From NCBI GenBank assembly GCA_030591525.1, contig JAUVAV010000003.1, forward strand, positions 17,582 to 81,581: a stretch of 64,000 nucleotides of DNA, in the 5' to 3' direction. Each line of letters starts with the position of its first letter. Positions within the stretch are counted from its first letter, which is position 1. The translations under genes and the position numbers were made by a program. Source of the DNA: a candidate division FCPU426 bacterium. GTDB taxonomy: Bacteria; Oederibacteriota; JAAXVQ01; JAUVAV01. The notes beneath the pieces were generated by a model. That model worked only from the letters and a program-made list of their open reading frames with translations. It searched no databases and was not told where the DNA came from. Positions 47,130 to 56,954 of this stretch are shown here, piece by piece.

Positions 47130-49448
47130 CTAATTGATAATCATCTGGCCGGGCAGGGGCGAAGAGCTTGATTTGTAACGCTCCAGCATTTGCCGGGCCG
47201 GCCCGAAGTCAGGCTTGAGCTCCAAAGCGCGCTGCCATTGCGGGATAGCCTGGGCCGGGCCGAGGGTTTGAGCCAGGACCACGCCCAGATTAAAGTGAGC
47301 TTCCACATAATCAGGATTAAGCTGCACGGCTTTTTCATAAAATTCCCGGGCCTTGGCCAACCGGCGGAAATTATATAGATGATTCCCGGCGTTAAAGACG
47401 AGTTTCGCTCCGGCCTGGGAATCAAAGGCCGCCAGCCGCTCCAGTACTTCAAAGAAACCGGATTCATCGCCATGGCCCAAGTATGTCATGGCGAGGTTTT
47501 GATAAAAAAGCACGGTTACCGGAGCGTGTTCAATGGCCTTTTTAAAATAGGTGATCGATTTTTCATAGTATTCGGACGAGGCGGGGTTAAGATGAGCCGC
47601 GAATCCATAAGCCCGGCCTAAATTGCCCAGGTAGTACGCGTTGTGGGGGTTCATGCGCACGCCCTCCTGGTAGGCCTGGATGGCCAGGTTGATATTCTTT
47701 TGTTGCTGGTCGGCCGGGACGATTTTGGCTTTCTCCTCAAAGGCCAGGCCTTTATAGACCGCGTACTTGACCTCTGTGGGCGCCAGCCGGGCGGCTTCGG
47801 AAAAAGCCTGGATACCTTGATCCCACATCCGGTGCATCCGGTAAAAGGCTCCGCGGTTAAAAGCATAATCCGCCAAAGCGGTTCTGACGGCCAGCCAAGC
47901 CATCCACCCCGAACCCAGCAACGTGAGCAATATCACTACTTCCCGGAACCGGGAGAGGCGGGCCAGCACAAATCCCGGATGCGGGTCAGGGATTTGTGAG
48001 AGCGTTCTCGCGGTTTGGGATTGGGGACCGGCTTGCAGTAAAACTATCACCGCCAGTATCAACCAGTAGAAAGTGTCAATGCAGGCGACCCCGAAGGAAA
48101 AAATATTTTGAATCGAATAAGCGGTCCAGCTGCTTAGCAGGCCGACCAGGATCAAACGATCCTGCCAGCGGTTCTCGGTTTGGGCAAAGGCTTTGTACCA
48201 ATTTATAAGGATCATAATGGTCAACCAGGTTACGATCCCCAGCCCGATGAATCCCTGGGTGGCTAATACCTGCAGGATTTCGTTATGCGCGGTTCGCGAG
48301 GCTACATTAGCTCCGTCAATGGCTGCGAAATCCGGAGTGGCGTAACGCGGAAACACGGTTTTAAAAGTATCCAAGCCTGTGCCGAGAAACGGATGTTGCT
48401 TGATTATATTAAGCGACGGCCCCCAGATGTGCAGGCGGGAGATTTGGATGGCCTTGGGTAAATGCAGGATGGTATCGGCGAGACGGAGCATGTGGTTTCG
48501 TCCGAAAGTGGCCGAGATAACAACCAGAATAGCCAGGATTAATCCGATCAGAATCAGCCAGGGACGGTGCACGCGACCGGCCTGAAACAGATGGGTGCCG
48601 AGCCTAAGCTTCTGCTGTGGGGCCTGGTTTTGCGAGTGCTGCCAAAACCGGTGTATTCCGAAAGCTGCCAGGACTCCCAGGGCAAATACCAGGCCCAAAA
48701 AGCCGCCCCGGCTCCAGGTCCCCATCAGAGCGGAAAACATGAGCACAAAACTAATCAAGAGCAGGCAGCGCTTAAAAACTGAGGGGGTTTCTATAAAAAA
48801 AACCACCAGGAGAGGCATTACCATGGCCAGGTAGGCGGCCAGAAAATTGGGATTGCCCAAGGTAGAAAAGTAGCGGCCCGGAGAAATAGAAGCAGGGTTC
48901 CAGGCGATAAAATCAATCCCGAAGAATTGGGCTACGCCGTAACCGGTCACGATCAGCCCGGCCAGCAGAATTGTAAACAGCAAACGGTCGATCTGAACGC
49001 GGGAGCGGATAAAATTAACCATCAGGTAATACAGCACCACATAGTTAAAAACCGTCAGCAGTCCGCGAAAATTTTCATACTCTCCGCGCCAGGAGATATA
49101 GGGGGAGACCGATAGCAGGGTGGTGGCAATCTGGAGAACGCACCATGCCAGAATAGGCAGGTCCAGCGGAGTGGTCCGGAATTCCCAGCGCCGGGCCGCG
49201 ACGATCCGGATCAGCCAGACGCCCAGCATAGCGGTGGTAAGAATTCTCAGTATGGTTAATTTAGGCAGCTCAAATTGATCCCGGGTCAGGATAAGAAAAA
49301 AGACCGGGATAGAGAAAAAGACCAGGTATAAAAGAATCTCGTTGATGCGGTCGCAGATTTTGACGATCCGCGTATCAGTATTAAGAGCAATGGCCGGGGT
49401 AGACACGTTTAAACTCCTGGAGGATATTTTGCGGCATGAAGGTAACAT
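47130..49448 (-). CDS. O-antigen ligase (Wzy_C)-like membrane protein with C-terminal TPRs
   Basis: Many TM helices; RYFSTLGNPNFLAAYL, TWSRGGFLG, RLHIW, GTGLDTF and AHNEILQ motifs; TPR tail. Start moved to ATG 49448 to avoid overlapping yifB; start uncertain. Confidence 0.85.
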   Translation of the reverse strand: MLPSCRKISSRSLNVSTPAIALNTDTRIVKICDRINEILLYLVFFSIPVFFLILTRDQFELPKLTILRILTTAMLGVWLIRIVAARRWEFRTTPLDLPILAWCVLQIATTLLSVSPYISWRGEYENFRGLLTVFNYVVLYYLMVNFIRSRVQIDRLLFTILLAGLIVTGYGVAQFFGIDFIAWNPASISPGRYFSTLGNPNFLAAYLAMVMPLLVVFFIETPSVFKRCLLLISFVLMFSALMGTWSRGGFLGLVFALGVLAAFGIHRFWQHSQNQAPQQKLRLGTHLFQAGRVHRPWLILIGLILAILVVISATFGRNHMLRLADTILHLPKAIQISRLHIWGPSLNIIKQHPFLGTGLDTFKTVFPRYATPDFAAIDGANVASRTAHNEILQVLATQGFIGLGIVTWLTIMILINWYKAFAQTENRWQDRLILVGLLSSWTAYSIQNIFSFGVACIDTFYWLILAVIVLLQAGPQSQTARTLSQIPDPHPGFVLARLSRFREVVILLTLLGSGWMAWLAVRTALADYAFNRGAFYRMHRMWDQGIQAFSEAARLAPTEVKYAVYKGLAFEEKAKIVPADQQQKNINLAIQAYQEGVRMNPHNAYYLGNLGRAYGFAAHLNPASSEYYEKSITYFKKAIEHAPVTVLFYQNLAMTYLGHGDESGFFEVLERLAAFDSQAGAKLVFNAGNHLYNFRRLAKAREFYEKAVQLNPDYVEAHFNLGVVLAQTLGPAQAIPQWQRALELKPDFGPARQMLERYKSSSSPLPGQMIIN

Positions 49449-49494
49449 GATAAGGCAGGCGGAAAAACCTGTCAATAGGTGGAATTTGATTTTA

Positions 49495-51045
49495 TTATCC
49501 CCCCGGACGCCGGCCCCAATAATGCTTATCCAGCGCCCGGTATTGAATGGCTTCACTCACATGCATTGGTTGGATATTTTCCTCGCCTTCCAGATCCGCG
49601 ATAGTGCGGGCCACTTTTAAAATGCGGTGGTAGGCCCGGGCGGATAAACCCAGGCGGGTCATGGCGGCTTTGAGCAGGGAATGTCCTTCAGAGCCTAAAT
49701 GGCAATAACTGCGGATCAGACGCGGACCAAGATGGGCATTGACGAATACCCCGGGATCATTCCGGTATCGCCGGCTTTGATGTTGACGCGCTGCCTTTAT
49801 CTTTTCCCGGATAGAATGCGAAGTTTCGGAGGAACCATGCCCGATTAGGTCCTGGTACTTGACTGCCGGGACTTCGAGATGGATATCAAAACGGTCCAGC
49901 AAGGGGCCGGAAATTTTACCCAGATATTTATGGATCTGGGCCGGGTGACAGGTGCATGCTTTGGCAGGGTCAGTATAGTAACCGCAAGGACAGGGGTTCA
50001 TGGCTGCCACCAGCATGAAGCGGGAAGGAAAAGTTACTGCTGCGGCTGCGCGGGAAATTGTAACCTGGCCATCTTCCAGGGGCTGCCTTAAAACCTCCAG
50101 GGCATTTTTCGAAAATTCGGGAAGTTCATCCAGGAAAAGCACTCCATGGTGGGCCAGGGAAACCTCTCCGGGCCGGGGATAGGAACCGCCGCCGATTAAG
50201 GCGATATCACTTAGTGTGTGATGGGGCGCGCGGAAGGGGCGGGAATTGATTAAAGTCTGGTTGGCGGAAAGCCGGCCGCTGATGCTGTAGATGCGCGTAG
50301 TTTCAAGCGATTCTTCCAGCGTCAGTTCCGGCAGAATGCTGGGAAGCCTTTGGCTCAGCATGCTTTTACCGCTGCCCGGAGGACCTATCATGAGAATATT
50401 ATGACCGCCTGCGGCGGCCACTGCCAGGGCCCGCTTGGCATGCTCCTGACCTCGCACATCGGAAAAATCCGCGTCATAAATGTTGGAAGACTGGAAGAGC
50501 TGCTCAATATCAAGTATGAAAGGCTGGGGAGTGGTTTTTCCCGAGAAATAGTCGACCGCTTCCAGTAAACTCTTCATAGGCAGAATCTCGCAATCGCGGA
50601 TAGCCGCGGCTTCCATGGCGTTTTCCACCGGGCATACGATGCGCTTGATCTTGGCCGGTCGGGCGGCGGAAGCCAAAGATAGCGCACCGCGAACTGGACA
50701 GAGGCGGCCGTCCAGCGAAAGTTCGCCGAAAACCAGATGTCCGGACAGGGTTTCCGGCTTCAGCTGTCCGGTGGCCGCTAAAATGGATAAGGCTATGGGA
50801 AGATCATATGCCGGTCCTTCTTTACGCAAGTGAGCAGGTGCCAGATTAATAGTAATGCGGCGCGGGGGCAGGTCCAATTCGGAGTTTTTCAATGCCGCCA
50901 CTACGCGGTCGCGGCTTTCTTTAACAGCCGCGTCTGGAAGGCCTACCATACAAAATCCGGGTAATCCCAGACTGACGTCTACTTCCACCTGTACCAGCTT
51001 GGACGAGATTCCCCAAAGGGCGCTGCTCACGGTCTGCGAGAACAT
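49495..51045 (-). CDS. yifB: YifB/ComM family Mg-chelatase-like AAA+ ATPase
   Basis: VGLPDAAVKESRDRV, INLAPA, GPPGSGKS, RPFRAPHH, FLDELPEF and AAMNPCPCG; ATG 51045 with AGGAGG RBS. Confidence 0.92.
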   Translation of the reverse strand: MFSQTVSSALWGISSKLVQVEVDVSLGLPGFCMVGLPDAAVKESRDRVVAALKNSELDLPPRRITINLAPAHLRKEGPAYDLPIALSILAATGQLKPETLSGHLVFGELSLDGRLCPVRGALSLASAARPAKIKRIVCPVENAMEAAAIRDCEILPMKSLLEAVDYFSGKTTPQPFILDIEQLFQSSNIYDADFSDVRGQEHAKRALAVAAAGGHNILMIGPPGSGKSMLSQRLPSILPELTLEESLETTRIYSISGRLSANQTLINSRPFRAPHHTLSDIALIGGGSYPRPGEVSLAHHGVLFLDELPEFSKNALEVLRQPLEDGQVTISRAAAAVTFPSRFMLVAAMNPCPCGYYTDPAKACTCHPAQIHKYLGKISGPLLDRFDIHLEVPAVKYQDLIGHGSSETSHSIREKIKAARQHQSRRYRNDPGVFVNAHLGPRLIRSYCHLGSEGHSLLKAAMTRLGLSARAYHRILKVARTIADLEGEENIQPMHVSEAIQYRALDKHYWGRRPGG

Positions 51046-51196
51046 ATTTTTCCTCCTTCTTATTTTAAGATTTAGACCAGGGATACATATTTTTATTGCA
51101 AAAAAAATGCGGTAATGGAAAAAATCAAGACAAAGATAGAAAAAAGTCTTTGGTAGCGGCGTTTTGTGCTTTCTTGGAGGGGACATTTCTATTTTG

Positions 51197-51333
51197 CTAG
51201 GAGGCTGAGCAATTAGTCGGTTTTTTGAGAGTAGATAGTAGAAAGTAGACCGCATTTGAGATATTTTATCTAATTTCTACTATCGAATCTCAACTGCTCT
51301 GGAGCCTGAGCAATTAATTGCGCAGGCTCCTAG
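51197..51333 (+). mobile_element. Structured intergenic element, copy B
   Basis: CTAG-GAGGCTGAGCAATTAG ... TAATTGCGCAGGCTC-CTAG: inverted termini with CTAG at both ends. Confidence 0.85.
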
Positions 51334-51349
51334 GGGATGATTATTTCAC

Positions 51350-51378
51350 TTTACAAAGCATGGCTATGGTGTTATAAA
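51350..51378 (+). promoter_or_regulatory. Putative sigma70 promoter for parAB
   Basis: TTTACA-17 nt-TATAAA with an extended -10 TG. Confidence 0.45.
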
Positions 51379-51472
51379 AATAAATTCTGGTTTCATAAAG
51401 CCAAGGGAACTCCGCTCTTGATGGCGGAGATATTTACCAATGAAGAAAAATAATATTTAATTCGGGAATTCC

Positions 51473-52279
51473 ATGAGTAAGGTCATTGCGATTGTGAATC
51501 AAAAGGGCGGGGTGGGTAAGACTACAACTGCCATAAACCTTGCCGCCGGCCTGGCAGCGCTTGGCAAGAAAACTCTTCTAATCGATATTGATCCGCAAGG
51601 GAACTCTACCGTAGGCTTAGGTTTTGACAAGGAAAAATTGGAAAGCAGTGTTTATGACCTTTTAATCAACCGGAGAAAAACACACGAAGTAATCCTGCAG
51701 ACAGAAGTGGAAAACCTCTTTTTAGTGCCGGCTAATGTTCAATTATCCGGCGCTGAAATCGAACTGGTAAATGCCATCTCCCGCGAAACCAAACTACGGA
51801 TGGCTCTAACCCCGATTCGGGATGAATATGATTATCTTCTGGTGGATTGCCCGCCGTCTTTGGGTCTTCTGACGATCAATACTTTAACGGCGGCGGAAAC
51901 GATATTAATTCCCATTCAATGCGAATTTTTTGCGCTGGATGGGGTGGGGCAATTGCTGCGAACTATTATCTTAGTAAAAAACGGGCTTAATCCCACGCTG
52001 CATATTGAAGGCGTACTTTTAACCATGTGTGATCTCCGCACCAATCTGTCCGTCCAGGTGATGCAGGAAATAAAAAAAAGATTTCAGAATAAGGTTTATA
52101 ATACGGTTATTCCCCGTAATGTAAAGCTTTCCGAGGCTCCGAGTTTTGGGAAACCGATAGCCATATATGACGATCGGTGTTTAGGCGCTACGGCTTATCG
52201 GAATTTAGCCGGCGAGGTAATCGGGCGGCACGAAGTCGAGTCCTGCCGGGAACCCCAAACGGCCGGCGCGGCGGAGTGA
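51473..52279 (+). CDS. parA: ParA/Soj ATPase
   Basis: NQKGGVGKTTT, DIDPQGN, DCPPSLG and IPRNVKLSEAPS. Confidence 0.95.
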   Translation: MSKVIAIVNQKGGVGKTTTAINLAAGLAALGKKTLLIDIDPQGNSTVGLGFDKEKLESSVYDLLINRRKTHEVILQTEVENLFLVPANVQLSGAEIELVNAISRETKLRMALTPIRDEYDYLLVDCPPSLGLLTINTLTAAETILIPIQCEFFALDGVGQLLRTIILVKNGLNPTLHIEGVLLTMCDLRTNLSVQVMQEIKKRFQNKVYNTVIPRNVKLSEAPSFGKPIAIYDDRCLGATAYRNLAGEVIGRHEVESCREPQTAGAAE

Positions 52280-52347
52280 AATTTCCGGGGAACTAATCAG
52301 CGCCACCTTTAACGACAGCCTGATACTAGTAAAAGGGGTATACGCCA

Positions 52348-53217
52348 ATGAGTAGACAAGCATTAGGAAAAGGCTTAGAGGCACTGATTCCGGTTCATGG
52401 GGATACGGAAGAAATGCCATCGGTTTTAAAGGCGCCCACCGAGATATCCGTGGACCGGATTTCTTCCAATACCCTGCAGCCCCGTAAAGAATTTGATCCG
52501 TTGGCATTAGAAGAACTGGCAGTATCGATTCGTGAAAAAGGCGTGGTGCAACCACTCTTAGTCCGGCCGCTGTCCGGAGGCCGGTACGAATTGGTGGTGG
52601 GCGAGCGCCGGTTGCGCTCGGCTAAACTGGCGGGGTTGGCTCAAGTTCCGGTGGTGATCCGGGAAATCGACGATAATGAAAGCCTGCAAATAGCCTTGGT
52701 TGAGAATGTCCAGCGTTCGGATTTAAATCCCGTGGAAGAGGCCCATGCTTATCAGCAATTAATCACCCAGTTTAACCTGACCCAAGAGGGGATAGCGCAG
52801 AAAGTGGGCAAGGAGCGTTCTTCCATTGCCAACATCCTAAGATTGCTAAGGCTTCCGGAAAAAGTTTTAGGTTTTGTGCAAAGCGGCCGCTTGAGCGAAG
52901 GCCATGCCCGCGCCATACTTGGTCTTGATGACGAGGAAATAATGTTAAGGCTGGCGGAAAAAATATTACGGGATAAACTCTCGGTCCGGGAAACCGAGAG
53001 GATAGCCCAAGGTATAAAGCCGAATAAACCGGATAAAAGAAAAAATACCCAAAAAGTAGAAATAAAAGATCCGCATATCCGTAATTTGGAAGAAGAATTA
53101 AAGAGGAAACTAGGAACTCAGGTAAAGGTGCTTCCGCGGAATGCCCAAAAAGGCAAAATCGAAATTGAATACTATTCTCTGGAAGATTTAGACCGCATCA
53201 TTGCTATTATGGGATAA
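52348..53217 (+). CDS. parB: ParB/Spo0J partition protein
   Basis: ALGKGL.ALI, QPRKEF, GERRLR, ENVQRSDL, HTH and LSEGHARA. Confidence 0.95.
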   Translation: MSRQALGKGLEALIPVHGDTEEMPSVLKAPTEISVDRISSNTLQPRKEFDPLALEELAVSIREKGVVQPLLVRPLSGGRYELVVGERRLRSAKLAGLAQVPVVIREIDDNESLQIALVENVQRSDLNPVEEAHAYQQLITQFNLTQEGIAQKVGKERSSIANILRLLRLPEKVLGFVQSGRLSEGHARAILGLDDEEIMLRLAEKILRDKLSVRETERIAQGIKPNKPDKRKNTQKVEIKDPHIRNLEEELKRKLGTQVKVLPRNAQKGKIEIEYYSLEDLDRIIAIMG

Positions 53218-53244
53218 AACCTAACAAATATCATCCGAAAATAG

Positions 53245-53273
53245 TTGACAAATTTATGTAATGTTGATATATT
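53245..53273 (+). promoter_or_regulatory. Sigma70-type promoter upstream of the M23 peptidase
   Basis: TTGACA-17 nt-TATATT with an extended -10 TG. Confidence 0.6.
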
Positions 53274-53380
53274 ATAGATAATAGAGGTTGTAAGAAAAAA
53301 ACGATATTTATATTACAAAATTATTGGCAATATGTTAATTTAAAAATTTAAGTAATAGATTTACCAGACCGATAATTATT

Positions 53381-54301
53381 ATGGTGGATAAAATGGCAAA
53401 ATCATTCAAAAAACAAGGCAAATATTTTACCATGATGTTCATTCCTCATAATGAACAAAAGGTTTATTCCTACCGCATCTCTTCACCGCTTATGGTTTTT
53501 ATGGGTTTGATCTTTTTGGTTACTATAGGAATATGTTCATTTATTATAACCCGGCACATTAATTATGAACTTACTACCAGAGCCAATATTCATTTTGCTG
53601 AAAAAAACTCATTTTTTGTCCAGGAACTTAGCAAAACGCACACGGTTTTCCAGCGCGTAGCTAAGATTGAAGACGAATTGCGGGCCATGTTGAAAATGAA
53701 AAGCAAAAAGGAGCTTTTAAAATTCAAGGGCGCGGGAGGACCTACTCCTGCCGACCAGGCCCGGTTAATGCTGGCTTTAAGCAATCGTGCCACTCTGACG
53801 CCGAAGGAATTTGCGAAAAACCTGCTTTTTCTTCGTAAAACCGCCCAGGTTCGCATGGAAAGCTACCGGGAATTGCAAAAATATATTGTTACCCAGCGCT
53901 CACTTATGGCAGCCCGGCCTACCAGTTGGCCGGTACGGGGCTGGATTACCTCGCGTTTTGGGCCGCGCTGCTCGCCGTTTTTTAGAGGTACGACTTTCCA
54001 TCATGGGATAGACATTGCGAATGAAGAAGGAACATCCATCAAGGCGGTAGCTGATGGTATAGTAACTTACAGCGGATGGGAAGGCGGTTATGGGAAATTG
54101 ATGGTAATAGACCATGGTTATGGGTACTCCACGCGTTATGCTCATCTACAACGCTCGCTGGTCAATATCGGACAACGGGTACGGCGAGGACAGGTCATCG
54201 GTTTCATGGGGAATACCGGCCGGTCGACTGCGCCTCATCTGCATTTCGAGATCCGTGTCAACGGCATACCAGTTAATCCGCTAAAATACCTTAAACAATA
54301 A
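53381..54301 (+). CDS. M23 family metallopeptidase with N-terminal TM and coiled coil
   Basis: One TM segment, a helical stalk, and HHGIDIA (HxxxD), YAHL and PHLHFE (HxH) motifs. Confidence 0.92.
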   Translation: MVDKMAKSFKKQGKYFTMMFIPHNEQKVYSYRISSPLMVFMGLIFLVTIGICSFIITRHINYELTTRANIHFAEKNSFFVQELSKTHTVFQRVAKIEDELRAMLKMKSKKELLKFKGAGGPTPADQARLMLALSNRATLTPKEFAKNLLFLRKTAQVRMESYRELQKYIVTQRSLMAARPTSWPVRGWITSRFGPRCSPFFRGTTFHHGIDIANEEGTSIKAVADGIVTYSGWEGGYGKLMVIDHGYGYSTRYAHLQRSLVNIGQRVRRGQVIGFMGNTGRSTAPHLHFEIRVNGIPVNPLKYLKQ

Positions 54302-54318
54302 TAATTGGAGAAACCAAT

Positions 54319-54702
54319 ATGTCCAGCGAAAAAATCGGCAGCGTAGATACTATTTTAGGGGCAGGTTCGGATTTTAAAGGACAGATAATTGCCAAGGGAA
54401 CCATTAGAATAGACGGGAGAGTAGAAGGTAATGTCAGCAGTGAAGAGGGTATAATTATTGGGGAAAAAGGAACAGTCAAGGGCAATGTATCGGCCAAGAC
54501 CGTTTTGATAACCGGGAAAGTAAACGGAAATGTAAATGCTGCCAAGCGGCTGGAAATCATGCCGGTCGGACAACTTCAGGGGGACATCCGGACGCCCCGG
54601 CTGGCCATTGCTGAAGGAGTTATTTTTAAAGGAAATTGCGATATGGGATTTGAGAAGTTTGAGCCGGAACTGAAATTTGATCCCAACCGTCCCAGAAAGT
54701 AA
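54319..54702 (+). CDS. Bactofilin (polymer-forming cytoskeletal protein)
   Basis: TILGAGSDFKGQI...IRIDGRVEGNV...IIIGEKGTVKGNV...LAIAEGVIFKGNC beta-helix repeats. Confidence 0.92.
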   Translation: MSSEKIGSVDTILGAGSDFKGQIIAKGTIRIDGRVEGNVSSEEGIIIGEKGTVKGNVSAKTVLITGKVNGNVNAAKRLEIMPVGQLQGDIRTPRLAIAEGVIFKGNCDMGFEKFEPELKFDPNRPRK

Positions 54703-54754
54703 TACCCGTATCATTGCATATCAATATACCGGCCCTTCCCTGGAAATAACCACT

Positions 54755-54909
54755 CAGGAACTTGAGCAATTAGTCGTTTTTTTTAATTTTTGAGCAATTG
54801 AGTAATAGAAAATAGACCGCAATTGAGTTTTTTTATTGATCTATTGTTCAATTTTCAATTGCTCTGGAATTTGAGCATTTAGTCTATGACTAAATGCTCA
54901 AATTCCTAG
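54755..54909 (+). mobile_element. Structured intergenic element, diverged copy D
   Basis: Shares GAGCAATTAGTCGTTTT, core TAGACCGCAATTGAG and terminal CCTAG; perfect 19-bp hairpin at 54866-54906. Confidence 0.7.
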
Positions 54910-54917
54910 GAGGAAAA

Positions 54918-56393
54918 ATGTCGGAACAGGTTAGAGTCCGGTTTGCTCCATCTCCGACCGGGCATCTGCATATCGGGGGAGCCCGAACCGCGCTGTTTAA
55001 TTATCTTTATGCCCGCCGGCAAGCGGGTGTTTTAGTGCTGCGTTTAGAAGACACCGATGCTGAGCGCAGCACCGAAGATTCCGTGCGCATGATTCTGGAT
55101 GATATGAAATGGCTGGGGCTTGATTGGGACGAGGGGCCGGAAGTCGGCGGGCCTTATGCTCCGTATCGCCAGAGCGAGCGTCTGGATTTCTATCGCTCCC
55201 AACAGGAGCAATTACTGGAAACCGGTCACGCCTATTATTGTTTCTGTTCGCCGGAACTCCTGGAAACCAAGCGGAAGCAGGCCCAGGAGCGCGGGGACGC
55301 CCAGCCGAAATATGATGGCACCTGCCGCAATATACCCTTGGCGGAAGCCCGGGCCCGGGCCGCGGACGGGGAACCACATACCCTGCGGCTGAAAATTACG
55401 GAATCCGGCAGCACTGTGATCCACGACCGTATCCGCGGCACAGTGGTATTTGAAAATAAAATAATGGATGATTTCATTCTAGTCCGGACCAATGGTCTGC
55501 CCACCTACAATTTTGCCGCAGTGGCGGATGATGCGGCCATGAAAATTACGCATATTATCCGCGGCGATGATCATTTATCCAACACCCCGCGCCAGGTATG
55601 CCTGTATCAGGCCTTGGGAAAGCCGCTCCCGGTTTTTGCGCATATCCCCATGATAATGGGTCCGGACCGGTCACGCTTGTCCAAGCGGCACGGCGCCACT
55701 TCGGTCAACGCCTATGCAGGGGAAGGTTATCTGCCGGAAGCCATGATTAATTACCTGGCCCTGCTGGGCTGGGCTTTTGACGACAAAACCACCCTTTTCA
55801 CGCGCCAGTCGTTGATTGACAAATTCTCTCTTAAAAAGGTGAGTAAAAATGCGGCGATTTTTGATCCGGCAAAACTTCTCTGGATGAACGGGGTTTACAT
55901 CCGTGATCTGTGCCCGGAGGAATATGTCAAGCGGGCTCTGCCGGAACTGATTAAAGCCGGGCTCTTGCCCGAACCGCTGGACGAAGCCACGTGGGCCTGG
56001 GCGGAAAAAGCAGTGCTTTCGGTAAAAGACAAAATCAAACGCCTGGCAGAATTGCCCCAAAACATGGCCTTTTATTTCGGAGAAGAGATTGAATTAGACG
56101 AAGCCGCCCGCGCCAAGCTGGAACAGGCCAAAGAGTATCCGGAATTATTTAAAACTTTACATGATAAAATGGCCGTGCTAAAATCCTTTTCCACTCAGGA
56201 ACTTGAAGCCCTGATGAAGGATTTAATCACTGAAGCGGATATCAAATTCGGGGTGTTGGTGCATCCCTTACGCGCGGCAATCACCGGCCGGGCCAGTTCA
56301 CCGGGAATCTTTGAGGTCTTGGAACTTCTGGGGCAAGAGCGGACAATCAAGCGATTGGCAGCCGGACTAAAAAGCGTGGGGATAGAAGTATAA
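54918..56393 (+). CDS. gltX: Glutamate--tRNA ligase
   Basis: RFAPSPTG.LHIGG (HIGH), IRGDDHL.N and LSKRHG (KMSKS-like); ATG 54918 after AGGAGG. Confidence 0.96.
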   Translation: MSEQVRVRFAPSPTGHLHIGGARTALFNYLYARRQAGVLVLRLEDTDAERSTEDSVRMILDDMKWLGLDWDEGPEVGGPYAPYRQSERLDFYRSQQEQLLETGHAYYCFCSPELLETKRKQAQERGDAQPKYDGTCRNIPLAEARARAADGEPHTLRLKITESGSTVIHDRIRGTVVFENKIMDDFILVRTNGLPTYNFAAVADDAAMKITHIIRGDDHLSNTPRQVCLYQALGKPLPVFAHIPMIMGPDRSRLSKRHGATSVNAYAGEGYLPEAMINYLALLGWAFDDKTTLFTRQSLIDKFSLKKVSKNAAIFDPAKLLWMNGVYIRDLCPEEYVKRALPELIKAGLLPEPLDEATWAWAEKAVLSVKDKIKRLAELPQNMAFYFGEEIELDEAARAKLEQAKEYPELFKTLHDKMAVLKSFSTQELEALMKDLITEADIKFGVLVHPLRAAITGRASSPGIFEVLELLGQERTIKRLAAGLKSVGIEV

Positions 56394-56397
56394 ATAC

Positions 56398-56473
56398 TGC
56401 CGGCTAGTTCAATTGGTAGAGCGCCTGATTCTGGATCAGGAAGTTCCAGGTTCGAGTCCTGGGCCGGCAGCCA
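56398..56473 (+). tRNA. tRNA-Gln (anticodon CTG)
   Basis: 76-nt cloverleaf: TGCCGGC/GCCGGCA acceptor stem, CCTGA-TTCTGGA-TCAGG anticodon arm, TTCGA T-loop, encoded CCA. Confidence 0.95.
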
Positions 56474-56503
56474 AAATTTGCCGCAGGCAATATTCAAATA
56501 TAT

Positions 56504-56578
56504 GGCGCTATCGTCTAGCGGCTAGGACGGGTGATTCTCAGTCATCAAGCCGGGGTTCGATTCCCCGTAGCGCTACCA
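56504..56578 (+). tRNA. tRNA-Glu (anticodon CTC)
   Basis: GGCGCTA/TAGCGCT acceptor stem, GGTGA-TTCTCAG-TCATC anticodon arm, GGTTCGATTC T-arm, encoded CCA. Confidence 0.93.
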
Positions 56579-56581
56579 AAT

Positions 56582-56613
56582 AAAAAAAGACTGCCTTATG
56601 GCAGTCTTTTTTT
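56582..56613. terminator. Bidirectional rho-independent terminator after the tRNAs
   Basis: AAAAAAAGACTGCC-TTAT-GGCAGTCTTTTTTT. Confidence 0.85.
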
Positions 56614-56828
56614 ATTTGGTGAAGCAACTGAGCATGCATTTGCTCAGTTGCGGTCAACTATCGACTCTCAATTTTCATGCCCTTCCCAGTTCACGTTTTT
56701 TAAATTTCAATTATTGAGTTCCCCCTTTTAAAAAAGGGGGATTTTACAAATATGCAATCATTTCCTTCGCTAAATATGCTCTGCCTTTTGTAGGGGCGGG
56801 CCCCCGTGCCCGCCCATTGAAATCCAAG

Positions 56829-56881
56829 ATCAGGGGATACTGTACAAAATTGCTGGAATTTAGTAAGATGTCCCCGGAATT
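56829..56881 (+). repeat. 53-bp dispersed repeat, copy 1
   Basis: 7 mismatches versus 62023-62075; imperfect inverted ends CAGGGGATA/TGTCCCCGG. Confidence 0.7.
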
Positions 56882-56954
56882 TCAAATGGGATAGGAAATA
56901 TTAAATTGTTTGTTATCTTGAATGTGAATATTTAATAATTCTGAGGTTGAAAAA

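Noticed and set aside
51046-51255. 70-aa N-terminal extension of YifB
   Set aside because: It runs through intergenic DNA and element copy B; family homology and the RBS point to ATG 51045.
56560-56578. tRNA-Glu 3' end as an integration site with a downstream att duplicate
   Set aside because: No second copy of the tRNA 3' end was found in the window, and there is no integrase.
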